Shown: positions 7,322 to 15,933, counted from the first letter of the stretch. The stretch is DNA of 32,000 nt from Gammaproteobacteria bacterium (GCA_965279305.1 OZ257143.1:270001-302000); one strand, 5' to 3'. Notes: generated by a model not told the origin, from the letters alone. Numbers and translations are program-made.

Positions 7322-10300
7322 TTATTGAATATGAGGTAATGTCGCCGATAGGCCTAAATCGTGTGAAGGGTCTTCTGGGAATTCCGCTGCCAAGGCATGA
7401 TCCACTTCGGCTTCTTTTAATTTACTTAGAATTTCTTTATAACCATCTACATGTTGAACAGATAATTCATCTTCTATTAAATGTCTAATTCTTCTGGCAG
7501 CAACAAAGTAATTCGCTTCTTTGCTATCTAGCTTTAAAGTATCTAATACTGCTTTTATCTGGAGAATAACGTCCATAGGCTTTGATTGAAATAAATTTGA
7601 AAATAAAACTATTCGGCTTGAAGATCGACTCTTTTCACTTTCTGATTGGTATAAATCATTTACGATATTTTTAACCTCTTCTAAAACCGGTTTTAACTGA
7701 TTGGCCACATTAAAAGTAAATCCTCTAAACCCCAATGCTGATAACTCATCTGCTATACGCAGCTCGCTATCTTTCTTTATTTCTTCTATATCTGAATAAG
7801 GAGTAATGGTGTGAAGAAATCTATCGTAGAAAACAATAGGAACATCTATATTAAACAATTGTTTAAGCTCTTTAGCTCTTTTTAAAGCAATTATTCTCGC
7901 CTTGAAAGTGTCTTTAGCAATTACCACAGCAACAATGGCCTTGGCACCATCTTCATAGGGTAATTTAGCTAATACTTCATTATGCATAAAAGAATTTTTA
8001 ATTCTGTTTCTAAAATCCTGAATTTTATCAACAGTATAGTGAGAAGATCTTATTGACGAAATATAGTCTTTAATATCGCCAATAAAATCAGCCGACCATC
8101 CTTTATGTACTGTTGAATTATCCTTTGAAAAAAGCGCTGCCGTTTTTAATAATGATAAATCCATCAAAATACCTACTATCTCCCTAGAAGGATCATGCTC
8201 ACCAAAAGATGAAGTCATTAATTCGGGAGAAAGCAATGTTCCAGCATGTTTTCGAGTATGAGTAAAGATTTTTTCTTCTTTATTTTTACCTGCTTCCTCT
8301 GTCACCTCTCCCGTAGACAAACGAAATTTAAAATTTGGCCGTTTGCTAAAAATATTATGATAATTTTTTCCTAATAACTCAGGTTTTCTTAAACGAGGAC
8401 GATAGCTAGGATCTCTGATCTGTCTTGAGAAACTATTCCAATGCGGCTCACGAATAATTTTTAAAAATCCATTTCCTTCTTGAATTAGATTGCTTACAAC
8501 AGGAATCGGATCAATCGGATCGACTTCACGATTTCGTGTAGCAGGAAGAAAGGTGTGAACTCTATCAGCAATAATAGCAGGAAGTTCTTTCCCAACACTA
8601 TGTGCTTTTAGAATAAAATCGTTAAATTTTCCTTTTGATAGAGAAAAAAGAAAATCAAGTTTTTCTTCAGACAAATTTTCAATAGAACCATCAAGCAAGC
8701 AAGGTCTATATCGTTCAATGAACCATGCTAGATCTTGAAATATTAATTTTTTCAGTGTTTCAATAGAAAGTTTCCCGATCAATGTGTTAACGACTAATGG
8801 CGTTTGATATACAAGAGCGACACCTAACATATTTTTTAATTTTCTAGAATATCCAAAATCTACGACTGTCCCATTTGAAACCTTATTTACTGCCTCAATA
8901 GAGCACTTATTGATAAGGTATAAAAAACCAGTTTCACTTTGATAAACACCAGCAATAATAAAAGCACTGTATTCGTTTGATATGAGATCATTATTAAGAA
9001 CTTCCACACTAAGTTTAGTCACTAACGCCATCCACCCTGCTTCCGTTTGAGAAGAAGCAGCACAACCTAGCGCTGTGTCGCCAGTTTTATTGGGTTTTAC
9101 GCTAGCTTCATCCAGCGCTGATTTATTTACTTTATTGACTAAGGCTATCCATTCAGCTTCATTTAGAGAAGCGGCGGCTACAAGCAATGGTGTTGAACCC
9201 TCTATGTCTCGCATGCGAACTGCTTGATTGATTGCTGAATCACTTACTTTTTCAATCAACTCAATAAATGCTTCAGGTTGAAATTTAGCAGCAAGATGTA
9301 ACGGTGTTTCAAGAGTGCTACTACGTGAAATGCCATTACTACCTAACCATGTTTTATTCTCGAGATTTTGTTTTACTAATGCATCGCTGAGAGTGGCTTT
9401 GTTTGTTCTTCTTACCAATTTGAGGAAGTTCTTTTTATTTTCTTTACGCAATGAAATTTCGTACTCAATATTATGAATATCATCCCAAATCAAAAAAGGC
9501 CAGACTATATAAAAAATTGGCAATGTGGAAAAGTAATGATGAGTAAAGCCATTATTTCTATGTTGTTCCCACTTGAGGGAATGATTCGGAACAGCAGCAG
9601 TATGCAGCCTCGTTATTTCATTATTTCCCTCTGGATTAATGAATGAATTATCTATTTCTTCATCATCATTGTTTGAATCAGTTACGTTAGCTGTTTCAAT
9701 CGTTTTTGAACTTCCTGCTTGGTTTGTTTTTTCATGGATCAACTCTAAAAGATCATATTTGTCTTTGCTTATTTGAATTTTATAGGTGCCATTCCTATCA
9801 TTTTCAACACCGACTAACATAATTCCTAATGTTCTCAACTCTTCTTGATATCGGAACCAATTTAATACATCATAAGCAGATACACTGTGACCAAAGTAAA
9901 AAAAATAACTGCCATGCCTGTCAGAAAATGCATAAGGAACTCTTGCTTTTATTTGTTCCCATGTAGTGGTATCTAAAGGATAACGAGCGGGTAATAACTC
10001 TACAGAAGTGGTTTTTGTTTTTGGCATCTCGCTAAAATCAAATCCCAAATAAGTGCTTAAATATTCTTTAACTGTATCCAAATTTATTTCAGCACCTTCT
10101 ACCATTTTTCCTTCGTAAGAAGAAAAGAAATTGTTATAGGCTTCTAAGACACCGTGTTCATCAACTGATTGTGGCAAGGTTTTCATAAACCGACTCATCA
10201 GCTCTTGCAAACGTAATGGCTGAGACCAATCTTCATCCATCGCTTTTTGAGCGCGCTCTTGCATACACGCTTTTCTAGAATCAAATTCAAAGGCTTCAAA

Positions 10301-10702
10301 AAACTCTGTTAAACGTTGGCTTTCCTGAGCTTCGTGGTATTTTTTAACTATCTGCTCTGCCAGTTGCTTCACTTCTTCAAAAAAAGGAGCCGAAAGGGTT
10401 TGGCCTGTTTCATCTTTATGCATGGTGACATGAAACGCTACCCGCCAATCATCTCTCAAGACTCCGCTTATCCAATCTTTTTGGCTTTCAAAATAGGGGT
10501 TGCTGACATAAGGCTTTTTTTCATTGGCGATATAATAATCCAGGGCTTTTTTGACAAAATCCTGTTGCTGGATAATAAATAGGATATTATGCACGACCGA
10601 CAACATGGCCAGATAATGAGGGTAAGCCGTGGAAAGCTTCTGTAGGTCTTGGATGACCTTATCGGGTAACGTTAAGACTTTCATAGGGATAAAGAAAACC
10701 AT
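7322..10702 (-). CDS. Large orphan protein with ~5 divergent ankyrin-like repeats (candidate secreted effector)
   Basis: 1126-aa ORF. The central region has ETPLHLAAKFQPEAFIELI.., GSTPLLVAAASLNEAEWIALV.., GDTALGCAASSQTEAGWMALV.. and two more degenerate 36-39-aa units. There is an acidic low-complexity patch (TDSNNDDEEIDNS). I recognise no catalytic motif. The start is ambiguous: ATG 10702 is nearly leaderless relative to the predicted promoter, and ATG 10684 (MKVLTL) is the alternative. Confidence 0.7.
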   Translation of the reverse strand: MVFFIPMKVLTLPDKVIQDLQKLSTAYPHYLAMLSVVHNILFIIQQQDFVKKALDYYIANEKKPYVSNPYFESQKDWISGVLRDDWRVAFHVTMHKDETGQTLSAPFFEEVKQLAEQIVKKYHEAQESQRLTEFFEAFEFDSRKACMQERAQKAMDEDWSQPLRLQELMSRFMKTLPQSVDEHGVLEAYNNFFSSYEGKMVEGAEINLDTVKEYLSTYLGFDFSEMPKTKTTSVELLPARYPLDTTTWEQIKARVPYAFSDRHGSYFFYFGHSVSAYDVLNWFRYQEELRTLGIMLVGVENDRNGTYKIQISKDKYDLLELIHEKTNQAGSSKTIETANVTDSNNDDEEIDNSFINPEGNNEITRLHTAAVPNHSLKWEQHRNNGFTHHYFSTLPIFYIVWPFLIWDDIHNIEYEISLRKENKKNFLKLVRRTNKATLSDALVKQNLENKTWLGSNGISRSSTLETPLHLAAKFQPEAFIELIEKVSDSAINQAVRMRDIEGSTPLLVAAASLNEAEWIALVNKVNKSALDEASVKPNKTGDTALGCAASSQTEAGWMALVTKLSVEVLNNDLISNEYSAFIIAGVYQSETGFLYLINKCSIEAVNKVSNGTVVDFGYSRKLKNMLGVALVYQTPLVVNTLIGKLSIETLKKLIFQDLAWFIERYRPCLLDGSIENLSEEKLDFLFSLSKGKFNDFILKAHSVGKELPAIIADRVHTFLPATRNREVDPIDPIPVVSNLIQEGNGFLKIIREPHWNSFSRQIRDPSYRPRLRKPELLGKNYHNIFSKRPNFKFRLSTGEVTEEAGKNKEEKIFTHTRKHAGTLLSPELMTSSFGEHDPSREIVGILMDLSLLKTAALFSKDNSTVHKGWSADFIGDIKDYISSIRSSHYTVDKIQDFRNRIKNSFMHNEVLAKLPYEDGAKAIVAVVIAKDTFKARIIALKRAKELKQLFNIDVPIVFYDRFLHTITPYSDIEEIKKDSELRIADELSALGFRGFTFNVANQLKPVLEEVKNIVNDLYQSESEKSRSSSRIVLFSNLFQSKPMDVILQIKAVLDTLKLDSKEANYFVAARRIRHLIEDELSVQHVDGYKEILSKLKEAEVDHALAAEFPEDPSHDLGLSATLPHIQ

Positions 10703-10714
10703 AGAATAGTTAGT

Positions 10715-10743
10715 ATATTAACTTTTTAAGGCGGTTTTGTCAA
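10715..10743 (-). promoter_or_regulatory. Near-consensus sigma70 promoter for the ankyrin-like gene (TTGACA-N17-TAATAT)
   Basis: The reverse complement reads TTGACA (10743-10738), a 17-nt spacer, then TAATAT (10720-10715). Confidence 0.55.
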
Positions 10744-10770
10744 TGTTCTGAAATATTAGAGTAGCCGCCC

Positions 10771-10799
10771 TTGACCTTCCGGGTGATAGTGTGTTAAAT
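10771..10799 (+). promoter_or_regulatory. Sigma70 promoter for the kinase gene (TTGACC-N17-TTAAAT)
   Basis: TTGACC at 10771-10776, a 17-nt spacer, TTAAAT at 10794-10799, about 30 nt upstream of ATG 10829. Confidence 0.5.
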
Positions 10800-10828
10800 T
10801 ACTCACGTAATTAGAAGGCAATCCTATT

Positions 10829-11806
10829 ATGTCAGGTCTATCCAATCTTTCTTCTATGTCGGCAGCACTGGCAGGCTCCTCAACTGCCCCAACTCGATCG
10901 CCTGTCACAACTACAGCGCCTATCGCGGCTAGCTTAATAAGCTACCGCCCTAAACAATTTACCCAGGCTGAAACCCCTTTAGAGTCAGAAATAGGCGATG
11001 GAGAAATGTCTTTTGTTTACCGATCCAGGATTACGAGCCCGAATGGTGACACACCTGTAGCGATTAAAAAATCTAAACGTGACAGAGAGAGCGAACATCA
11101 TCTTGCTACCGAAATCGCGCTATTCATTAAATTACGTTCAGTGGAAAGCCAAAGTCCGTATATTATCGGATTTATTGGATTACGTTTAGGGATCCCTACT
11201 GCTATGGTGCTTGAACTAGCTGATAATAGCTTAGCGCTTATTGCCCATCAAGGAACCTCATTTCCTTGGGAAAAGCGCGCACTCTTCCTGCAACAAGTGG
11301 GTTTAGGAATAGAATATTTGCATAGCAATGGTATTATTCATAGAGATATCAAATCGGCGAATATTCTTTTGGTGAAAGACGTTGCAAAAATATCCGATTT
11401 AGGTTTGGCCACACTTGCTTCAAATATTATAGGTAATCCTGGAAGCTTTCCTTGGGCTGCACCAGAATCCATTGATACGAATAAACAAAAAGGAAAACAC
11501 TGCTTTGTATCTGATGTATATTCTTTCGGAATCCTTACTTTAGAATTGCTAAGTTTAAAACTTCCACCCGCCGAACCTTTTTATTTTCAGATAAATCCAG
11601 ATAAACAAGAAAAAATTCTTACGTCGAAAGACAGGTTAGGAGAAGATTGCCCTACAAACTATCAAATTCTCAGAAATATAGTCAGAATGTGCTCTGTAAT
11701 AACGCCGAGTGATCGCCCTACCATGCAAGTAGTTAATAATACCTTTATATCACAGTTTGAATCATTACCACCTGCACCTACCACTACACAAACACCCGCT
11801 CCGTAA
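10829..11806 (+). CDS. Eukaryotic-like Ser/Thr protein kinase (RLK/IRAK/TKL-like catalytic core)
   Basis: The Hanks subdomains can be read directly: IGDGEMSFVY (Gly loop), VAIKK (Lys), ATEIALF (Glu), HRDIKSANILL (catalytic loop), ISDLGLA (DFG variant DLG), FPWAAPE (APE), DVYSFGILTLELL, PSDRPTM. The N-terminus is S/T/A-rich and the C-terminal tail is PPAPTTTQTPAP. Confidence 0.9.
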   Translation: MSGLSNLSSMSAALAGSSTAPTRSPVTTTAPIAASLISYRPKQFTQAETPLESEIGDGEMSFVYRSRITSPNGDTPVAIKKSKRDRESEHHLATEIALFIKLRSVESQSPYIIGFIGLRLGIPTAMVLELADNSLALIAHQGTSFPWEKRALFLQQVGLGIEYLHSNGIIHRDIKSANILLVKDVAKISDLGLATLASNIIGNPGSFPWAAPESIDTNKQKGKHCFVSDVYSFGILTLELLSLKLPPAEPFYFQINPDKQEKILTSKDRLGEDCPTNYQILRNIVRMCSVITPSDRPTMQVVNNTFISQFESLPPAPTTTQTPAP

Positions 11807-11807
11807 T

Positions 11808-12548
11808 TTATTTTTTTAGATTACGTTGGCGTCGCGCTTCAAATAAACATATCGCTGTTGCTACGGATACATTTAAACTTTCTACTGCACCAGTCATGGG
11901 AATATTAATCAGCACATCACAATGCTCTGCGGTTAAACGGCGTAAACCATTGCCTTCATTTCCCATCACAATTCCTAGTGGACCTTTTAGATCGGTGTCA
12001 TAAATGCTTTTAGATTCATGTGATGAAGCACCCATTAACCACACACCTTTTTGCTGCAATTCACGCATACAACGAGACAAATTAGTGACAGTAAAAATCG
12101 GTAATACTTCCGCTGCACCGGATGCTACTTTTCTCACAATCGGTGTGAGTTGCACGGTACGAGCTTTCGTAATAATAACTGCATCTACGCCTGCACCTGC
12201 TGCACTGCGTAAACAGGCTCCAAAATTATGAGGATCTTGAATTTCATCCAGCAATAATAAAAAAGGAGGATGTTCTAATGAATCGAGTAAATCAAATAAT
12301 TGCGCTTCAGTGCCTAGCTCTTTTGCTTTCACACGAATAGCCAACCCTTGGTGATTACCTTCTTCGGTTAATTTATCGAGTTTATTTTTATCCAGCATTT
12401 CTACGGATATGCCTTGCTCTTTGGCTAACTGAACCAAATCTTTTACTTTTTTATTAGTGATATCACGTTGCACATAAAGCGTATAAGCTTGATGAGCCGA
12501 TTGTGTTAATAATGCTGTGACGCTATGCAAACCGTAAATATATTCCAT
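11808..12548 (-). CDS. rlmB: 23S rRNA (guanosine-2'-O-)-methyltransferase RlmB (SpoU/TrmH family)
   Basis: 246 aa. N-terminal IYGLHSVTALL, then SpoU motifs LLLDEIQDPHNFGACLRSAAGAG, GNEGNGLRRL and IPMTGAVESLNVSVATAICLFE. Confidence 0.9.
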   Translation of the reverse strand: MEYIYGLHSVTALLTQSAHQAYTLYVQRDITNKKVKDLVQLAKEQGISVEMLDKNKLDKLTEEGNHQGLAIRVKAKELGTEAQLFDLLDSLEHPPFLLLLDEIQDPHNFGACLRSAAGAGVDAVIITKARTVQLTPIVRKVASGAAEVLPIFTVTNLSRCMRELQQKGVWLMGASSHESKSIYDTDLKGPLGIVMGNEGNGLRRLTAEHCDVLINIPMTGAVESLNVSVATAICLFEARRQRNLKK

Positions 12549-12565
12549 ACTAACCTACCTAATTT

Positions 12566-14173
12566 TTATCTGTTGTATTCCAATTCACCTATCCAATAAC
12601 ATAACAATGCTGCTGGAATTCTCATAACCCTAGTATTAGGCAAGCTTGTATCTTTAAAAGCGCCAAAATCATCTAGGGACTTTGTTATAACAAAAGCTTG
12701 CTCAACTGCCTTTTTATTGCAAAGCTCTATTAAACCTTTAAGGTCTCGACTTCCTGTATGCTGTGAACGATATTTTATTTCAAATGGGACAATACCACTT
12801 TCATCTTCAACAACCAAGTCCACTTCATGCTTTTTAGCTCCATGCCAATAAGAAAATCGAGCATTCGTACGATAATGGGCATATAAATGTTTAAAAACAG
12901 CTGTTTCTGTTGCTACACCCAAAGCTGTGGGATCATCTAGTATATTTTTACCTCGTAAAAAGACTGCAGGAGAAATAGCAGGATCTGCCAAATAAATTTT
13001 ATACTTCGCTTTTAATATCTCTTTTCCATACCCAAAAGGAGGTAGGCGATAAATAAGATAAGTATCTTCCAGTAATCCAATATAATTTTGGGCAGTAGGC
13101 TTAGAAACACCAAGACTTGAACTTAATGTTTCCATATTTAATAAGCCTCCATCATGCATACATAAATATAAAAAAGTATTTTCAAGCTCAACGACTCTTC
13201 GAACACCAAATAATGCTGTCATATCTCGTTTCAAAACTTTATCGATAATATCTTCTCTAAGCAAACGTTGTGCCTCAGTAACACCCTTCACTTTCACCGT
13301 TTGAGGAAAACCACCTCGAGTCAAATATTCATGAAAATGCCCTAGATAAGGAGCGGCCAATTCAGTTATTTTATAAATTTCATTTTGTGATAAATCAAAT
13401 AAACTTTCTAACGACTCAATTTTAGGTAAAGCTTTAGGAATAATTTTTTCAAAAAACCGCGACATTTTATATTTCTCTTTATTAAGCACCTCAAAATTCA
13501 TTTCCATAAAATTATATTCTTGATTTTCTTTAATATTCTTCAATAATATATCAGGCAATTTAAAATCTAATTCCTGCTTTTTCATAAATGAAAAAGCACT
13601 TTTAAGCATACCCTCCTGTTCAAAAAGTTTAAGTTTTAAATATTCAAAAAAAGATAGTGTATTTAATCTAATCGTATAGGTGCGGCCAACGGCAGACTCA
13701 GGATCCTTCTCAATACGTTGCATAGCAGAGCCTGTATACATAATGCGTCGATTTTTAAAAAAATCCACCTGATGTTTAACCCAAGTTCCCCAATTAGGAA
13801 CGCATTGAGCTTCATCTAAAAAAAGATATTCTGGACCTTCAACTTGGGGTTCTCTTTCTCGCCATGCTGTTAAAACATCGTTAATCCCAGCCATCTTAAT
13901 AATGGGATGATCAAAAGTTACATAAATAATATTGGCAGCGGGCACCCCTTCTTCGAGCAGTTTTGTGATAACTTGTTGTAGCAGAGTGGTTTTTCCAATC
14001 TGCCTGGCGCCGGAAAGCAAAATAGCACGATGAACTCTAGGATGATATATACTTTCAAATATCTCGCTAAAGGCCGCTCTATGCCAGCCTGGAAGGTCTG
14101 AAATTCTCTCCTGTCGCCACCACGGGTTAAATTGAGTCAATACTGAAATTAACTCGCTACTGGATATTTGCAT
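12566..14173 (-). CDS. AAA_14/DUF4143-family ATPase with wHTH and a PD-(D/E)xK-like C-terminus
   Basis: 535 aa. Walker A LLSGARQIGKTTLL, Walker B YLFLDEAQ, wHTH region LGVSKPTAQNYIGLLEDTYLIYRLPPF, nuclease-like HEVDLVVED..VPFEIKY. A roughly 90-aa K/E/N/F-rich segment (KSAFSFMKKQELDFKL...LSQNEIYKI) lies between the ATPase and wHTH parts. Confidence 0.8.
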   Translation of the reverse strand: MQISSSELISVLTQFNPWWRQERISDLPGWHRAAFSEIFESIYHPRVHRAILLSGARQIGKTTLLQQVITKLLEEGVPAANIIYVTFDHPIIKMAGINDVLTAWREREPQVEGPEYLFLDEAQCVPNWGTWVKHQVDFFKNRRIMYTGSAMQRIEKDPESAVGRTYTIRLNTLSFFEYLKLKLFEQEGMLKSAFSFMKKQELDFKLPDILLKNIKENQEYNFMEMNFEVLNKEKYKMSRFFEKIIPKALPKIESLESLFDLSQNEIYKITELAAPYLGHFHEYLTRGGFPQTVKVKGVTEAQRLLREDIIDKVLKRDMTALFGVRRVVELENTFLYLCMHDGGLLNMETLSSSLGVSKPTAQNYIGLLEDTYLIYRLPPFGYGKEILKAKYKIYLADPAISPAVFLRGKNILDDPTALGVATETAVFKHLYAHYRTNARFSYWHGAKKHEVDLVVEDESGIVPFEIKYRSQHTGSRDLKGLIELCNKKAVEQAFVITKSLDDFGAFKDTSLPNTRVMRIPAALLCYWIGELEYNR

Positions 14174-14206
14174 AGTATCTCTCTAAAAAAAACAATAATT
14201 TGATTA

Positions 14207-14235
14207 ATTATACTTAAACAACCAATTAATTACAA
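14207..14235 (-). promoter_or_regulatory. Sigma70 promoter for the DUF4143 ATPase (TTGTAA-N17-TATAAT)
   Basis: The reverse complement reads TTGTAA (14235-14230), a 17-nt spacer, then TATAAT (14212-14207), about 34 nt upstream of ATG 14173. Confidence 0.5.
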
Positions 14236-14282
14236 GTATACTTTAAATAAAACGTTGCTTTTAGTAAAAAAAACAAAATATC

Positions 14283-14798
14283 TCACCATCGGCGCCAAGC
14301 CGAGCGATATTGGTAGCCATTTTCATTGGCTTTCGACCAAATGCTTTGTAATATAATAGGCGGATTTTCGTGCTCTCCTATTATTATCTGCGCCCAACCG
14401 GTAATACGATAATACGTGGCTCTAGAAAAAGCGGGCTTTTCCAATGCCTCCACGGCATAAAAAGCGCTATAGGCAAAATCCGTATCAACGATAATAGGGT
14501 TTACTGCCCAATTATTAGGTGATTTCCACCAGTTAGCCTCTTGCTTAGCCATATAATCAGGTGAATATTCGGGTAGTACACAAGGCCTCTGAGCACAAAA
14601 AGGAGTAGGTATTGGTAATTGATCATTCGTTTTTAACCAAAACTCTGCTTCATTTAAAGCCTGCTCTGCTATTAATAATTGCTCGCTTGTCCATTTGCTC
14701 GCCCCCATACTTTGATAAGCCAATATGTTGCTACTAAAAGCAGACCAGATAAAGGAACTCATAATAGAAAGTAAAACGGTAACAATAAGTAATAACAT
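14283..14798 (-). CDS. pilX: PilX-like type IV pilus minor component (no prepilin cleavage motif)
   Basis: 171 aa with an N-terminal hydrophobic helix (MLLLIVTVLLSIMSSFIW). It sits 1 nt after the pilW stop, at the pilX slot of a pilV-W-X cassette. An in-frame stop at 14820-14822 excludes a longer N-terminus. Confidence 0.55.
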   Translation of the reverse strand: MLLLIVTVLLSIMSSFIWSAFSSNILAYQSMGASKWTSEQLLIAEQALNEAEFWLKTNDQLPIPTPFCAQRPCVLPEYSPDYMAKQEANWWKSPNNWAVNPIIVDTDFAYSAFYAVEALEKPAFSRATYYRITGWAQIIIGEHENPPIILQSIWSKANENGYQYRSAWRRW

Positions 14799-14799
14799 A

Positions 14800-15678
14800 T
14801 TAATTTCGTCGATTAATAATCAAAGGCCAACTTTCTTTAATGCCATTAAATACGGTTTCAATAGATAAAGAAATTATTTTATCATGATTTTTTGAATGGA
14901 TTTTTAGATCTGAAACACCTTCTATTAATTCTTGATGGCCATTGGAAGATTCACCAGAAAATTCAAACAACGCATTCACCGGTGTATTATCTTCATAAAT
15001 CCTGTCAGTATCACCAATATAATACGCCGTATTTTTTAAAACACTGATATAAGCATTTTTATCATAGGCTTTACTCAAAGCACTACTGTTATTGTAAGGA
15101 GGTTGATGAAACACCAAAATATTTTCAGCTTGTTTTGACACACTACTCACTTGAAAAATATCAGCTTGATCACAATCCGAAATAATTAAGACATCACCCA
15201 ATTCAATGGATGCAGATGATGGTAATAATAAAGGCACTTCGGTATTCGCCATTCCTTCCAATAAATAAGTCGACTGTTCATAAGCCTGATAAATAATAGC
15301 TACATCCGTATTTTCACGAACTCTATTTTGTAAATAAGTAGGTAATGAGGGAGACCATGATTTATTCTCTCCTTTATAAAATTGAATTACGTCAGAAGCT
15401 TGTTTTGGGATCCATTCAGGTAAAGTGTGTGCTTGAATAAACACTGGAAAGCCTGCACTCCACGAACGGCAACCCAAGCCACCTGCCGCTCGTATGCGAT
15501 CGCGTAATATATTAACGGCTATTCGACCCGTTTCTTGCACCTGAATCATTGCTTGTTGAGAAAAATAGATTTTTCTTGCTGAAAAAAACAATAAATAAGC
15601 CGCACTTAATATAAAAACACTTAAACCCAATGTGATCAGCAACTCTATTAATGTAAATCCTGTTTGACGTTGTTTCAT
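14800..15678 (-). CDS. pilW: PilW-like type IV pilus minor pilin
   Basis: 292 aa with a class III signal, MKQRQTG|FTLIELL (Gly-1, Phe+1, Glu+5). Its start overlaps the upstream small pilin gene by 4 nt. Confidence 0.75.
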   Translation of the reverse strand: MKQRQTGFTLIELLITLGLSVFILSAAYLLFFSARKIYFSQQAMIQVQETGRIAVNILRDRIRAAGGLGCRSWSAGFPVFIQAHTLPEWIPKQASDVIQFYKGENKSWSPSLPTYLQNRVRENTDVAIIYQAYEQSTYLLEGMANTEVPLLLPSSASIELGDVLIISDCDQADIFQVSSVSKQAENILVFHQPPYNNSSALSKAYDKNAYISVLKNTAYYIGDTDRIYEDNTPVNALFEFSGESSNGHQELIEGVSDLKIHSKNHDKIISLSIETVFNGIKESWPLIINRRN

Positions 15679-15869
15679 TGGCTTAATCCGCCATATTGAG
15701 CCTCATCATCATTTTCTATTTCTAATTGCGAATGAGTAAGTGTTCTCGTTTCAATAGTATGTTGTTGAGCCAACAATAAACCATTAATAACCGCCAATAG
15801 CGCAAAGCCGAGTAAAAGAATTGCGGTTAATATTTCAATTAAGCCAAATCCTAATGCATACGATTTCAT
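15675..15869 (-). CDS. pilV: Very short PilV-like prepilin (64 aa)
   Basis: MKSYALG|FGLIEILTAILLLGFALLAV has the prepilin peptidase motif with Glu+5. Only about 30 residues follow the hydrophobic helix. ATGA overlap with pilW. Confidence 0.55.
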   Translation of the reverse strand: MKSYALGFGLIEILTAILLLGFALLAVINGLLLAQQHTIETRTLTHSQLEIENDDEAQYGGLSQ

Positions 15870-15933
15870 ATCAATAATGTTAATAAATAATTAATATTAA
15901 AATATAGGAAAAAAAGAAGATTGGCAATAGAAA

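Noticed and set aside
7264-7488. 74-aa plus-strand ORF, together with 10316-10582 (+)
   Set aside because: Both lie antisense to the long 1126-aa reading frame, and neither has independent support.
12004-12231. 75-aa plus-strand ORF inside rlmB; likewise 18240-18422 (+) and 18293-18478 (-) in glpK, 19922-20119 and 20972-21193 (+) in the orphan gene, 24240-24455, 24705-24962 and 25190-25384 (+) in fadD, 27164-27352 (+) in htpG, 28141-28425 and 28729-28941 (+) in recR/ybaB
   Set aside because: All are antisense or out-of-frame overlaps of genes with strong family signatures, and none has an RBS or a recognisable motif.
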